A stretch of DNA of 64,000 nt from Gammaproteobacteria bacterium (GCA_965238175.1 CBDEGZ010000003.1:1-64000), one strand, 5' to 3'; counted from the first letter of the stretch, positions 1 through 8,009 are shown. The notes: generated from the sequence alone by a model not told the origin. A program made the numbers and translations.

Positions 1-222
1 AGATAAAACATTCAGATAACAGGGACAGGATTGCTGTCATATATACGGCCTTCAATGAAGTTTTCAACTTCTGACCTGGATGTATTACGCGCCTATTTTC
101 CTTATCAGGTTATCGGTATTAGTTACCCCTGAGCTCGACAGGTTTTCAATAGGCTGGTTTGACCTGTTATGCCATCTTTAGTTTTACCTTCGCAATTCGT
201 TGAAATGATTTGTTCTCTCTAT
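1..222 (-). ncRNA. Putative bridge/seekRNA-coding non-coding end of IS110 copy 1 (partial)
   Basis: Long non-coding region downstream of the transposase; target-matching tcaggtta (105-112) and cctgagctc (128-136); donor-matching tcatatat (37-44) and gatgt (79-83). Confidence 0.75.
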
Positions 223-1236
223 TTAGGCCGGTGAGTAGTCATCACCAGAAACCGTTATAGCCCAGGCCATTCTTGCCATTTTGTTGGCATACGCCACACA
301 CGCTCGATTATGCCCCCGCGTCTCAACTAAACGATTAATCCATTGACTCAGTTTATCGCCTTTCGTTTTGGCTCTTGATACCACGGCCTTCGCGCCTAGA
401 ATTAACAAACAACGAAGGTATTTATTGCCGCGTTTACTGATCCCCAGTAGCACCTCTTTACCACCACTACTGTACTGTCGTGGAACAAGTCCTAATGAGG
501 CGGACACATCGCGCCCTTTGTGATAATGAGCGCCGTTTCCCACTTCATTAAAATACGCGCTCGAGACCATCGGCCCAAACCCTGGAATAGTTTGTAAGCG
601 TTGGCAAATCGCATTGTTTTTTGCCGATTGAATGATCAATTGGTCAAATGTCGCAATACAGGCATCAAGTGATTGCCATTGTTCCTTTAGCTGGCGCAGT
701 ATCCTTTTGAAAGTAACGGACAACCGTTCGTTCTCATCACTTAATAGCAACGGGATAGATTGACGTAGGGTATTTAGGCCGGGACGAAGGCTAATGCCAT
801 ATTCTGCAACAAGCGCTCTCATTTGGTTACATAATGCGGTTCTTTGTCTGACCGCTAAGTCTCTTGCTTTATGTTGTGCCTGGTTGTCTTGTTGCTCAAC
901 TGATTTAATGCCCACACTTTTTAAATGAGGTTGTTTCGCAGCAACGGCGATGGCCAAGGCATCGTTATAATCATTCTTATTGCCGATTAGAAATGCGTTA
1001 ACATGCTGAGGTGGTAGTAATTTCACCTGATGTCCCTGTTGTTGTATCGCTCGGGCCCAATACTGTGACGTTGCACAAGATTCTATTGCGACTAAACAAG
1101 GAGGTTGAGATTGAAAAAAGGAGAGTACCTGCGCTCGCTTTAACATTTTCTTTTTGATTATACGCCCTTGTTGATTACAGCAGACAGCATGAAATACGTT
1201 TTTTGCTATGTCTAACCCGATTGTTGTAGTCTTCAT
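223..1236 (-). CDS. IS110 family DEDD recombinase/transposase
   Basis: GLDIAK, AIESC and KNDYNDA (DEDD), plus C-terminal GLVPRQYSSGG and ISKRGNKYLR; ATG at 1236 preceded by GAGGAG. Confidence 0.96.
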   Translation of the reverse strand: MKTTTIGLDIAKNVFHAVCCNQQGRIIKKKMLKRAQVLSFFQSQPPCLVAIESCATSQYWARAIQQQGHQVKLLPPQHVNAFLIGNKNDYNDALAIAVAAKQPHLKSVGIKSVEQQDNQAQHKARDLAVRQRTALCNQMRALVAEYGISLRPGLNTLRQSIPLLLSDENERLSVTFKRILRQLKEQWQSLDACIATFDQLIIQSAKNNAICQRLQTIPGFGPMVSSAYFNEVGNGAHYHKGRDVSASLGLVPRQYSSGGKEVLLGISKRGNKYLRCLLILGAKAVVSRAKTKGDKLSQWINRLVETRGHNRACVAYANKMARMAWAITVSGDDYSPA

Positions 1237-1290
1237 TTTGGTCTTCTCCTCTTTTGATTGTGTGTATGTCAGTTCAATCATGGCACCTAG

Positions 1291-2442
1291 ATGCCGTTAG
1301 GGGGAGGAGACCATCACATCAGGTTAATTACTATCGCAAGCACTAGAAAAATCATTCACATCGACATGGATGCTTTTTTTGCCTCTGTGGAACAACGCGA
1401 TCATCCTGAATACCGAAACAAACCGCTGATCGTCGGTGGCGATCCGGGTAAGCGTGGTGTCGTTGCCGCCTGTAGTTATGAGGCGCGGAAATTCGGCATT
1501 CATTCCGCAATGCCCTCTTCTCGCGCACAACGATTATGTCCGGATGCGATTTTTGTAAAACCAAAAATTGATGCTTATCGAGAAGTTTCTGATCAACTCC
1601 GCGCAATCTTCGATCAATATTCTGATCTGGTTGAACCTCTTTCATTAGATGAAGCATATCTTGATGTTAGTAATTCTGATCAGTTTCAGGGATCTGCAAC
1701 CTTGATTGCAAAAGACATTAAACGTTCAATCTTTGAAAAGACAGATCTAATCGCTTCTGCCGGTGTCTCATATAATAAATTTCTTGCCAAGATCGCATCA
1801 GATCAAGATAAACCAAACGGTCTTTTTTTAATCACACCTGAAGAAGGCGAAGAATTTGTTCGACAATTAAAAGTTGGGAAATTCTATGGTGTTGGAAAAG
1901 TGACCGAAGCCAAAATGAAGTCACTAGGAATTCATAACGGTAAGGATCTAAAAAAATGGTCGGAAGAAAACTTAACTGAACAGTTTGGTAAAATAGGTAA
2001 GCACTACTATTTAATTGCACGTGGTATTGATCACAGAAAAGTAGAACCATCGCGGATTAGAAAATCACTGGGTAGCGAACTGACTTATGATCAAGATTTA
2101 GACAATCCTACACAAATCAAAGAGGAATTAAAAAAGTTTATACGCAAAGTTAATCAGAGTTTATCGGATAAAAAACTTCTCGCCCGTACATTTACGATTA
2201 AAATAAAGTACGACAACTTTGAGCAAATTACACGTAGTCAAACCCTAGAATCCCCACTAACTGCAGAAAAAATGCTCTCTCTGATTCCACTTCTAATAGA
2301 AAAAACAGAAATCGAAACACGTAAAGTCAGACTGTTGGGGATCAGTGTTTCAAAACTTGAAAATCAACAAGATCAAGAATCTAATTTACCGAAACAAGAG
2401 ATCCTTAGTTATCAGAAAAACCTAGATCTTCAACAGAAGTAG
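1291..2442 (+). CDS. dinB: DNA polymerase IV; 5' end abuts or lies inside the IS110 end, start uncertain
   Basis: RKIIHIDMDAFFASVEQRD, SYEARKFGIHSAM, LSLDEAYLD and KFLAKIASD motifs. Confidence 0.93.
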   Translation: MPLGGGDHHIRLITIASTRKIIHIDMDAFFASVEQRDHPEYRNKPLIVGGDPGKRGVVAACSYEARKFGIHSAMPSSRAQRLCPDAIFVKPKIDAYREVSDQLRAIFDQYSDLVEPLSLDEAYLDVSNSDQFQGSATLIAKDIKRSIFEKTDLIASAGVSYNKFLAKIASDQDKPNGLFLITPEEGEEFVRQLKVGKFYGVGKVTEAKMKSLGIHNGKDLKKWSEENLTEQFGKIGKHYYLIARGIDHRKVEPSRIRKSLGSELTYDQDLDNPTQIKEELKKFIRKVNQSLSDKKLLARTFTIKIKYDNFEQITRSQTLESPLTAEKMLSLIPLLIEKTEIETRKVRLLGISVSKLENQQDQESNLPKQEILSYQKNLDLQQK

Positions 2443-2518
2443 TACACACACAAACCGTTAAAAGTTATGCAGGGTAGTTGCGCCTGAACTTGGTGGAAAG
2501 AACCTAAACTCTGAACTT

Positions 2519-2603
2519 ATCGAATGAGGTAGGGTTAGATCACCCACGATATTTCTCGGTTTGCGCGAAAATGCCGGAGGCTATGATTTCGGTTAAAATC
2601 GAT
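2519..2603. repeat. Dispersed ~85-bp structured repeat, copy 1 (second copy at 54114-54205)
   Basis: atcgaatgaggtagg, ttctcggtttgcgcg and atgatttcggttaaaatcgat are shared with 54114-54205. Confidence 0.85.
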
Positions 2604-2688
2604 AGCTAAAATTTATGGTGAAATTGAACCAATAGGCGGAACAAGTATTTATAATTCTAAAAGTCAAATACCACACAAACATATAATC

Positions 2689-3321
2689 ATGTCTGATACA
2701 GAAATAAAAACCATTACCTACCGAATAACGACAAACTTGTTCAACCAGCAAGATGTGCACCCATGGATTTATCACATACAGCAAGGGTTTGTCATTGTGT
2801 TCGGTATTAGTCCGAACGGTAAACACGGCCTAACGGATCTTTATGGAGCTGGTAACTGGTTTGGTCCCGGCTTGAATGATAATGTGGCGGTTCAGAACGC
2901 TGTTGCGAAAGCCGGATGTGTGATAGAACGTATACGGCAACAGGATTTGCCCGCATGTATGGCTGGTCGCCCTTTTTTTGCTCAACAATTGATTCAACAA
3001 TTAAGTCAAAGAGAACATCATTTACAACAACGTTTGTTTTTACAACAAACCGCGCCTCTTCCTGTTCGCTTGGCCTGGTTATTATCTTACCTGTTTGATT
3101 ATCAAGGACAGCATTGCGGTCACAGCCATGATCGTGATGTGAGTCTTACTCAGCAAGAAATTGCGAGTATGGTGGGGGGCAGCCGTCAAAGTGTCAGTCA
3201 ACTTTTAGCCCGCTGGAAGCAAGATAGTATTATTGACTATACACGCAGTTATCTCTGTCTGGTCAATGCGGGTAAATTACAGCGGTTGTGTCAGGAGTCA
3301 ATCGCGGTTACCACTTTTTAG
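2689..3321 (+). CDS. Crp/Fnr family transcriptional regulator
   Basis: cNMP-binding-like N-terminus; RLAWLL; HTH LTQQEIASMVGGSRQSVSQLL. Confidence 0.9.
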   Translation: MSDTEIKTITYRITTNLFNQQDVHPWIYHIQQGFVIVFGISPNGKHGLTDLYGAGNWFGPGLNDNVAVQNAVAKAGCVIERIRQQDLPACMAGRPFFAQQLIQQLSQREHHLQQRLFLQQTAPLPVRLAWLLSYLFDYQGQHCGHSHDRDVSLTQQEIASMVGGSRQSVSQLLARWKQDSIIDYTRSYLCLVNAGKLQRLCQESIAVTTF

Positions 3322-3327
3322 CAAAAC

Positions 3328-3370
3328 TGTCTGCCAGCTGACAGAACTTTTCAGTCACTCCCTATACCAT
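3328..3370 (+). promoter_or_regulatory. Crp-family (CooA-type) palindrome TGTCTgccagcTGACA plus -10 TACCAT; predicted class II promoter of the P460 gene
   Basis: 16-bp palindrome at 3328-3343, centred about 41.5 bp upstream of the start implied by TACCAT at 3365-3370. Confidence 0.65.
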
Positions 3371-3407
3371 CAATGTTTGTTTCTAATCATTTGATGGAAG
3401 ATAGACT

Positions 3408-3977
3408 ATGCGAAAATTAATCATTGCGGCTTTCTCACTGCTGATCAGTGCGAACGTATTCAGCCACACCGACATTGAAGATACCTATAAAACCTTGGTG
3501 GATGAGAAAGGGAATATTTCTTTACCGAAAGATTACCGCCAAAACTGGACTTTTTTGGGGTCATATTTTGTAAAAAGCACAGCGACAGATAATGAGCCTA
3601 CTTATGATGTGCATACGGTATACACACAGGCCAAGGCTGTGGCACATTATCGTAAGCATGGCAGATTCCCAGATGGTGCGGTATTAATCAAAGAGGTTAA
3701 TGCCACCAAGTCAGAAGCCATGACAACCGGTCTCGCCAGTTATCAGGATGCACCCAAGGTGATATTTGCCATGGTGAAAGATAATAAAAACCGTTTCGCT
3801 AAAAATGCGGCCTGGGACGAAGGATGGGGTTGGGCCTTGTTCAATCCAGGTAACCCAAAGAGTCAAACCAGCAATTGGAAAGGCGAAGGATTTAATAATT
3901 GTTATGGTTGCCATGTACCGGTCAAAACTAATGATTGGGTGTATATCCAGGGTTACAAAGCCGTATTGGGCAAATAA
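3408..3977 (+). CDS. Cytochrome P460 family protein (periplasmic)
   Basis: Signal peptide; LPKDYRQNWTFLG, FPDGAVLIKE (cross-link Lys position), GWGWALF and C-terminal CYGCH heme motif. Confidence 0.88.
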   Translation: MRKLIIAAFSLLISANVFSHTDIEDTYKTLVDEKGNISLPKDYRQNWTFLGSYFVKSTATDNEPTYDVHTVYTQAKAVAHYRKHGRFPDGAVLIKEVNATKSEAMTTGLASYQDAPKVIFAMVKDNKNRFAKNAAWDEGWGWALFNPGNPKSQTSNWKGEGFNNCYGCHVPVKTNDWVYIQGYKAVLGK

Positions 3978-4012
3978 CCGTAATTGTTATTGATACGTCA
4001 AGGCCGGCAACT

Positions 4013-4110
4013 GTGACTGTTTTGTCCTGTGGACTTCTTTTAGTGGCTATTGGAGAAACAACTCCAACGCACAGAGGCGCTAAAAGAAGTCTGCTGGACA
4101 AAACAGTCAC
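4013..4110. repeat. Long inverted repeat (~98-bp hairpin) downstream of P460
   Basis: gtgactgttttgtcc (4013-4027) and ggacaaaacagtcac (4096-4110) pair perfectly; continued by gacttcttttag/ctaaaagaagtc and inner ttggag/ctccaa. Confidence 0.85.
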
Positions 4111-4142
4111 TGTGTTTTCATCTAATTCATTGTCTCTTTAAT

Positions 4143-5368
4143 TGTAGAAGTTTAGACCCAATCTGACACATCACTAAATCAAGCGGAGCGTAGCGACGCT
4201 TGATTTAGTGAGAGTTACCCGCTTTGATGTAACTGCAACGTAAACATCAAAACACAAAGAGGTAACTCTCATGATTCATACTAATGACAAAGTTATAAAA
4301 CATAAAGTTGGTCTACTCAATCTCGCTGAAGAACTCGGCAATGTCTCAAAAGCCTGCAAGATGATGGGTTTGTCCAGAGATACATTTTATCGCTACAAAG
4401 AAGCGGCTGATGAAGGCGGTGTAGAAGCCTTGTTTGATCGTAATCGGCGTACCCCAAATCTTAAAAACAGAATCGACCCGGCTATTGAAACCGTTGTGCT
4501 CGAGTATGCACTGGAAGAGCCCGCACATGGTCAAACGCGCACCAGTAACGAGCTGCGCAAACGGGGAACATTTGTCTCACCCAGTGGCGTTCGTTGTATC
4601 TGGCTTCGTCATGGTCTTGCTTGCTTTAAAGATCGCCTGAAGGCATTGTCTGATAAGGTAGCTGGTGAAGGCTTGATCCTCACTGAGTCTCAAGTCGCGG
4701 CGATGGAACGCAAGAAAGACGACGATGAGGCTTGTGGCGAGATAGAGACGGCACACCCTGGTTATCTTGGCTCGCAAGATACTTACTATGTCGGTACTTT
4801 CAAAGGCATTGGTCGGGTTTATCAACAAACGTTTGTTGATACTTACAGCAAGGTCGCTCACGCGAAACTGTACCCGACTAAAACACCGATTACGGCAGCT
4901 GACATGCTCAATGACCGCGTCCTCCCATTCTACGAACAACAACGTTTGCCTATGTTGCGCATTTTGACAGATAGAGGGACGGAGTATTGTGGGCGAGCTG
5001 ACCAGCATGATTATCAGCTTTATATGGCGTTGAACAATATCGAACACACCAAAACCAAGGTCAAATCACCTCAGACGAATGGTATTTGTGAGCGATTCCA
5101 TAAGACGATCCTCAATGAGTTTTATCAAGTCGCTTTGCGTAAGAAAATTTACCAATCGATTGATGAACTGCAACTCGACCTTGACGAATGGTTGCTCAAA
5201 TACAATACTCAACGAACTCACCAAGGCAAAATGTGCTGCGGGAGGACGCCGATGGAAACACTCATCGACGGACAAGCTATCTGGAAGGAAAAGTTTGTGA
5301 ATTAAACTTAACCTGACAGTCGGTTACTGATAATTGGGTAACTGTCAGATCAAATCTGAATTTCTACA
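4143..5368 (+). mobile_element. IS481 family element, copy A (1226 bp)
   Basis: TGTAGAA...TTCTACA ends; 7-bp duplication ctttaat at 4136-4142 and 5369-5375. Confidence 0.97.
4271..5305 (+). CDS. IS481 family transposase
   Basis: N-terminal HTH; rve DDE core SQDT, LTDRGTEY, PQTNGICERFH. Confidence 0.97.
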   Translation: MIHTNDKVIKHKVGLLNLAEELGNVSKACKMMGLSRDTFYRYKEAADEGGVEALFDRNRRTPNLKNRIDPAIETVVLEYALEEPAHGQTRTSNELRKRGTFVSPSGVRCIWLRHGLACFKDRLKALSDKVAGEGLILTESQVAAMERKKDDDEACGEIETAHPGYLGSQDTYYVGTFKGIGRVYQQTFVDTYSKVAHAKLYPTKTPITAADMLNDRVLPFYEQQRLPMLRILTDRGTEYCGRADQHDYQLYMALNNIEHTKTKVKSPQTNGICERFHKTILNEFYQVALRKKIYQSIDELQLDLDEWLLKYNTQRTHQGKMCCGRTPMETLIDGQAIWKEKFVN

Positions 5369-5421
5369 CTTTAATGTTTTTATAGTCATTCTTATCCCGA
5401 ATTCATATATGGTCTCCTCCC

Positions 5422-5651
5422 GTATTGCAAGATAAAACATTCAGATAACAGGGACAGGATTGCTGTCATATATACGGCCTTCAATGAAGTTTTCAACTTC
5501 TGACCTGGATGTATTACGCGCCTATTTTCCTTATCAGGTTATCGGTATTAGTTACCCCTGAGCTCGACAGGTTTTCAATAGGCTGGTTTGACCTGTTATG
5601 CCATCTTTAGTTTTACCTTCGCAATTCGTTGAAATGATTTGTTCTCTCTAT
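5422..5651 (-). ncRNA. Putative bridge/seekRNA (exact ends unknown)
   Basis: Guide-like segments at 5557-5565 and 5534-5541 (target) and at 5508-5512 and 5466-5473 (donor), each pair separated by a hairpin. Confidence 0.8.
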
Positions 5652-6665
5652 TTAGGCCGGTGAGTAGTCATCACCAGAAACCGTTATAGCCCAGGCCATT
5701 CTTGCCATTTTGTTGGCATACGCCACACACGCTCGATTATGCCCCCGCGTCTCAACTAAACGATTAATCCATTGACTCAGTTTATCGCCTTTCGTTTTGG
5801 CTCTTGATACCACGGCCTTCGCGCCTAGAATTAACAAACAACGAAGGTATTTATTGCCGCGTTTACTGATCCCCAGTAGCACCTCTTTACCACCACTACT
5901 GTACTGTCGTGGAACAAGTCCTAATGAGGCGGACACATCGCGCCCTTTGTGATAATGAGCGCCGTTTCCCACTTCATTAAAATACGCGCTCGAGACCATC
6001 GGCCCAAACCCTGGAATAGTTTGTAAGCGTTGGCAAATCGCATTGTTTTTTGCCGATTGAATGATCAATTGGTCAAATGTCGCAATACAGGCATCAAGTG
6101 ATTGCCATTGTTCCTTTAGCTGGCGCAGTATCCTTTTGAAAGTAACGGACAACCGTTCGTTCTCATCACTTAATAGCAACGGGATAGATTGACGTAGGGT
6201 ATTTAGGCCGGGACGAAGGCTAATGCCATATTCTGCAACAAGCGCTCTCATTTGGTTACATAATGCGGTTCTTTGTCTGACCGCTAAGTCTCTTGCTTTA
6301 TGTTGTGCCTGGTTGTCTTGTTGCTCAACTGATTTAATGCCCACACTTTTTAAATGAGGTTGTTTCGCAGCAACGGCGATGGCCAAGGCATCGTTATAAT
6401 CATTCTTATTGCCGATTAGAAATGCGTTAACATGCTGAGGTGGTAGTAATTTCACCTGATGTCCCTGTTGTTGTATCGCTCGGGCCCAATACTGTGACGT
6501 TGCACAAGATTCTATTGCGACTAAACAAGGAGGTTGAGATTGAAAAAAGGAGAGTACCTGCGCTCGCTTTAACATTTTCTTTTTGATTATACGCCCTTGT
6601 TGATTACAGCAGACAGCATGAAATACGTTTTTTGCTATGTCTAACCCGATTGTTGTAGTCTTCAT
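5652..6665 (-). CDS. IS110 family DEDD recombinase/transposase
   Basis: Protein identical to copy 1. Confidence 0.96.
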   Translation of the reverse strand: MKTTTIGLDIAKNVFHAVCCNQQGRIIKKKMLKRAQVLSFFQSQPPCLVAIESCATSQYWARAIQQQGHQVKLLPPQHVNAFLIGNKNDYNDALAIAVAAKQPHLKSVGIKSVEQQDNQAQHKARDLAVRQRTALCNQMRALVAEYGISLRPGLNTLRQSIPLLLSDENERLSVTFKRILRQLKEQWQSLDACIATFDQLIIQSAKNNAICQRLQTIPGFGPMVSSAYFNEVGNGAHYHKGRDVSASLGLVPRQYSSGGKEVLLGISKRGNKYLRCLLILGAKAVVSRAKTKGDKLSQWINRLVETRGHNRACVAYANKMARMAWAITVSGDDYSPA

Positions 6666-6756
6666 TTTGGTCTTCTCCTCTTTTGATTGTGTGTATGTCA
6701 GTTCAATCATGGCACCTAGATGCCGTTAGGGGGAGGAGACCATCACATCAGGTTAG

Positions 6757-7389
6757 TTACTCATCGATATAATGATTTCGAGTTCCTTGTAGGATCTGAA
6801 TTATATTATTTCGGCGTTTTTCTTCAGCATCTGGTCGATCTGATCGATGCCATTCAAGCATAAGATCACGTTGTCGTTTGAACAATTCGATACCGTGCTT
6901 TTCACTCATATATAAAACTGATCGAGCGATATCACCGCGTACTTTTTCTCTTGGTTCCACGCGACGTTTTTTTCGATCAATTTCAAAATCACATTTTCCA
7001 TATTTGCGTTTTTCGCCTTTCACAATTCCGAAAGCATAACTGCTACGATCTCTGTTGATATTCTTTTTTGCCGGATAAAGATTGTGAAGATCGGCTTCGA
7101 TCACATTAAAGCGGGAGCTATTTCGACGACAGGTTTTTCGATCACCACATTGTAGTTCACGCATTACCCAGCCCATAGGAAGAACATGTTCGACGTTTAT
7201 TTCACCCTGATAATTCGATTTAAATTTTTGGCCGCAATAAAGGCTTTTTCCACCGTTAGGGTAGAGATCTGACCAAAATAGATCGCGTGCTTCATAATAG
7301 TTTTGAATTGGGCGTTCAGCATCACAGCCAGTTGTTAAAACAAGCAGTAGAAAAAATAAAAAAGATTTAATAATTTTTTTAAGGTTCAT
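6757..7389 (-). CDS. Endonuclease I family (EndA/Dns-like) lipoprotein nuclease
   Basis: Lipobox TTGC; YCG, NVEHVLP, EADLHNLYPA, YGKCDF and RGDIARS motifs. Confidence 0.9.
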   Translation of the reverse strand: MNLKKIIKSFLFFLLLVLTTGCDAERPIQNYYEARDLFWSDLYPNGGKSLYCGQKFKSNYQGEINVEHVLPMGWVMRELQCGDRKTCRRNSSRFNVIEADLHNLYPAKKNINRDRSSYAFGIVKGEKRKYGKCDFEIDRKKRRVEPREKVRGDIARSVLYMSEKHGIELFKRQRDLMLEWHRSDRPDAEEKRRNNIIQILQGTRNHYIDE

Positions 7390-7474
7390 ATGTGCGATTT
7401 CGTGAGGTCATTTTTTACAGCTATTCGGACAATATAACTCAACTAAAACAGATAGTGTTGTCAATCTAAAAAGC

Positions 7475-7996
7475 TTAATAAAAACGTCCGGTTTTTGCTA
7501 TACGCTTCTGCCAGTAAGGTTCGCTGAGACTAGAAATTTTTACTTTTCTTCCTTTGCGTGGTGCGTGGATAAATTTACCATGACCCGCGTAAATCCCGAC
7601 GTGAGAAATATTACGCCAGTTAAAACGAAAAAAGATAACATCACCAGGTTTTAATTTAGAAGCTGGAATTGAGTAAGCCGATTTATATTGATCATTTGCA
7701 GTTCTTGGGACTTTTATACCGACACTCTGATGAGAATATTGAACCAAGCCACTGCAATCAAAACCGGATGGATCTTCACCACCATAACGATATGGTGAAC
7801 CTAAAAGGTTACTAGCAATAGTAAAAATTTCAACGCCTTTTCCGTGAGGTTTTATGGTCGCATAGCTTGGCGAAGGCGATCTTGTTTCGTCATTAACACG
7901 ATGGCTTTCTACAATAGGTGCGGGTGTATTAGAACAACCATTTAAGAATAGAAACATGAAAATAAAGATTGATCTAATAAAAGTAATCATTCTCAA
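7475..7996 (-). CDS. NlpC/P60 (C40) peptidase lipoprotein
   Basis: Lipobox LNGC; GSPYRYGG, GFDCSGL, HVGIY and FIHAP motifs. Confidence 0.93.
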   Translation of the reverse strand: MRMITFIRSIFIFMFLFLNGCSNTPAPIVESHRVNDETRSPSPSYATIKPHGKGVEIFTIASNLLGSPYRYGGEDPSGFDCSGLVQYSHQSVGIKVPRTANDQYKSAYSIPASKLKPGDVIFFRFNWRNISHVGIYAGHGKFIHAPRKGRKVKISSLSEPYWQKRIAKTGRFY

Positions 7997-8009
7997 AAAT
8001 TAACCATGT

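Larger units (their letters stand above)
1..1321 (-). mobile_element. IS110 family (IS1111 group) element, copy 1; about 25 bp of its downstream end lie before the window start
   Basis: Matches 5430-6750 with no differences noticed; subterminal IR gggaggagaccat at 1302-1314, then caca-TCA (1319-1321) before the flank. Confidence 0.95.
5403..6750 (-). mobile_element. IS110 family (IS1111 group) element, copy 2 (complete, ~1345 bp)
   Basis: 13-bp subterminal IRs atggtctcctccc (5409-5421) and gggaggagaccat (6731-6743); shared core TCA at 5403-5405 and 6748-6750; no classical TSD. Confidence 0.96.

Noticed and set aside
1237-1281. 15-aa N-terminal extension of the IS110 transposase in the ORF track
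   Set aside because: The RBS (GAGGAG) and the family-typical start point to ATG 1236 (6665 in copy 2).
2519-2603. Repeat considered as an integron attC site or c-di-GMP-I riboswitch
   Set aside because: No RYYYAAC/GTTRRRY pair and no integrase. The GCAAAC and GCCTCCGG words on the minus strand are in the wrong order for the riboswitch.
4346-5300. Antisense and alternate-frame ORFs (up to 156 aa) repeated in each IS481 copy
   Set aside because: They recur only because the IS is repeated; no recognisable motifs; they shadow the transposase.
5309-5316. TAACCTGA, the IS110 target half-site, in each IS481 right end and at the IS3 junction (12776-12783)
   Set aside because: All four sites are unoccupied, the other half matches the predicted guide poorly, and an 8-mer can occur by chance.
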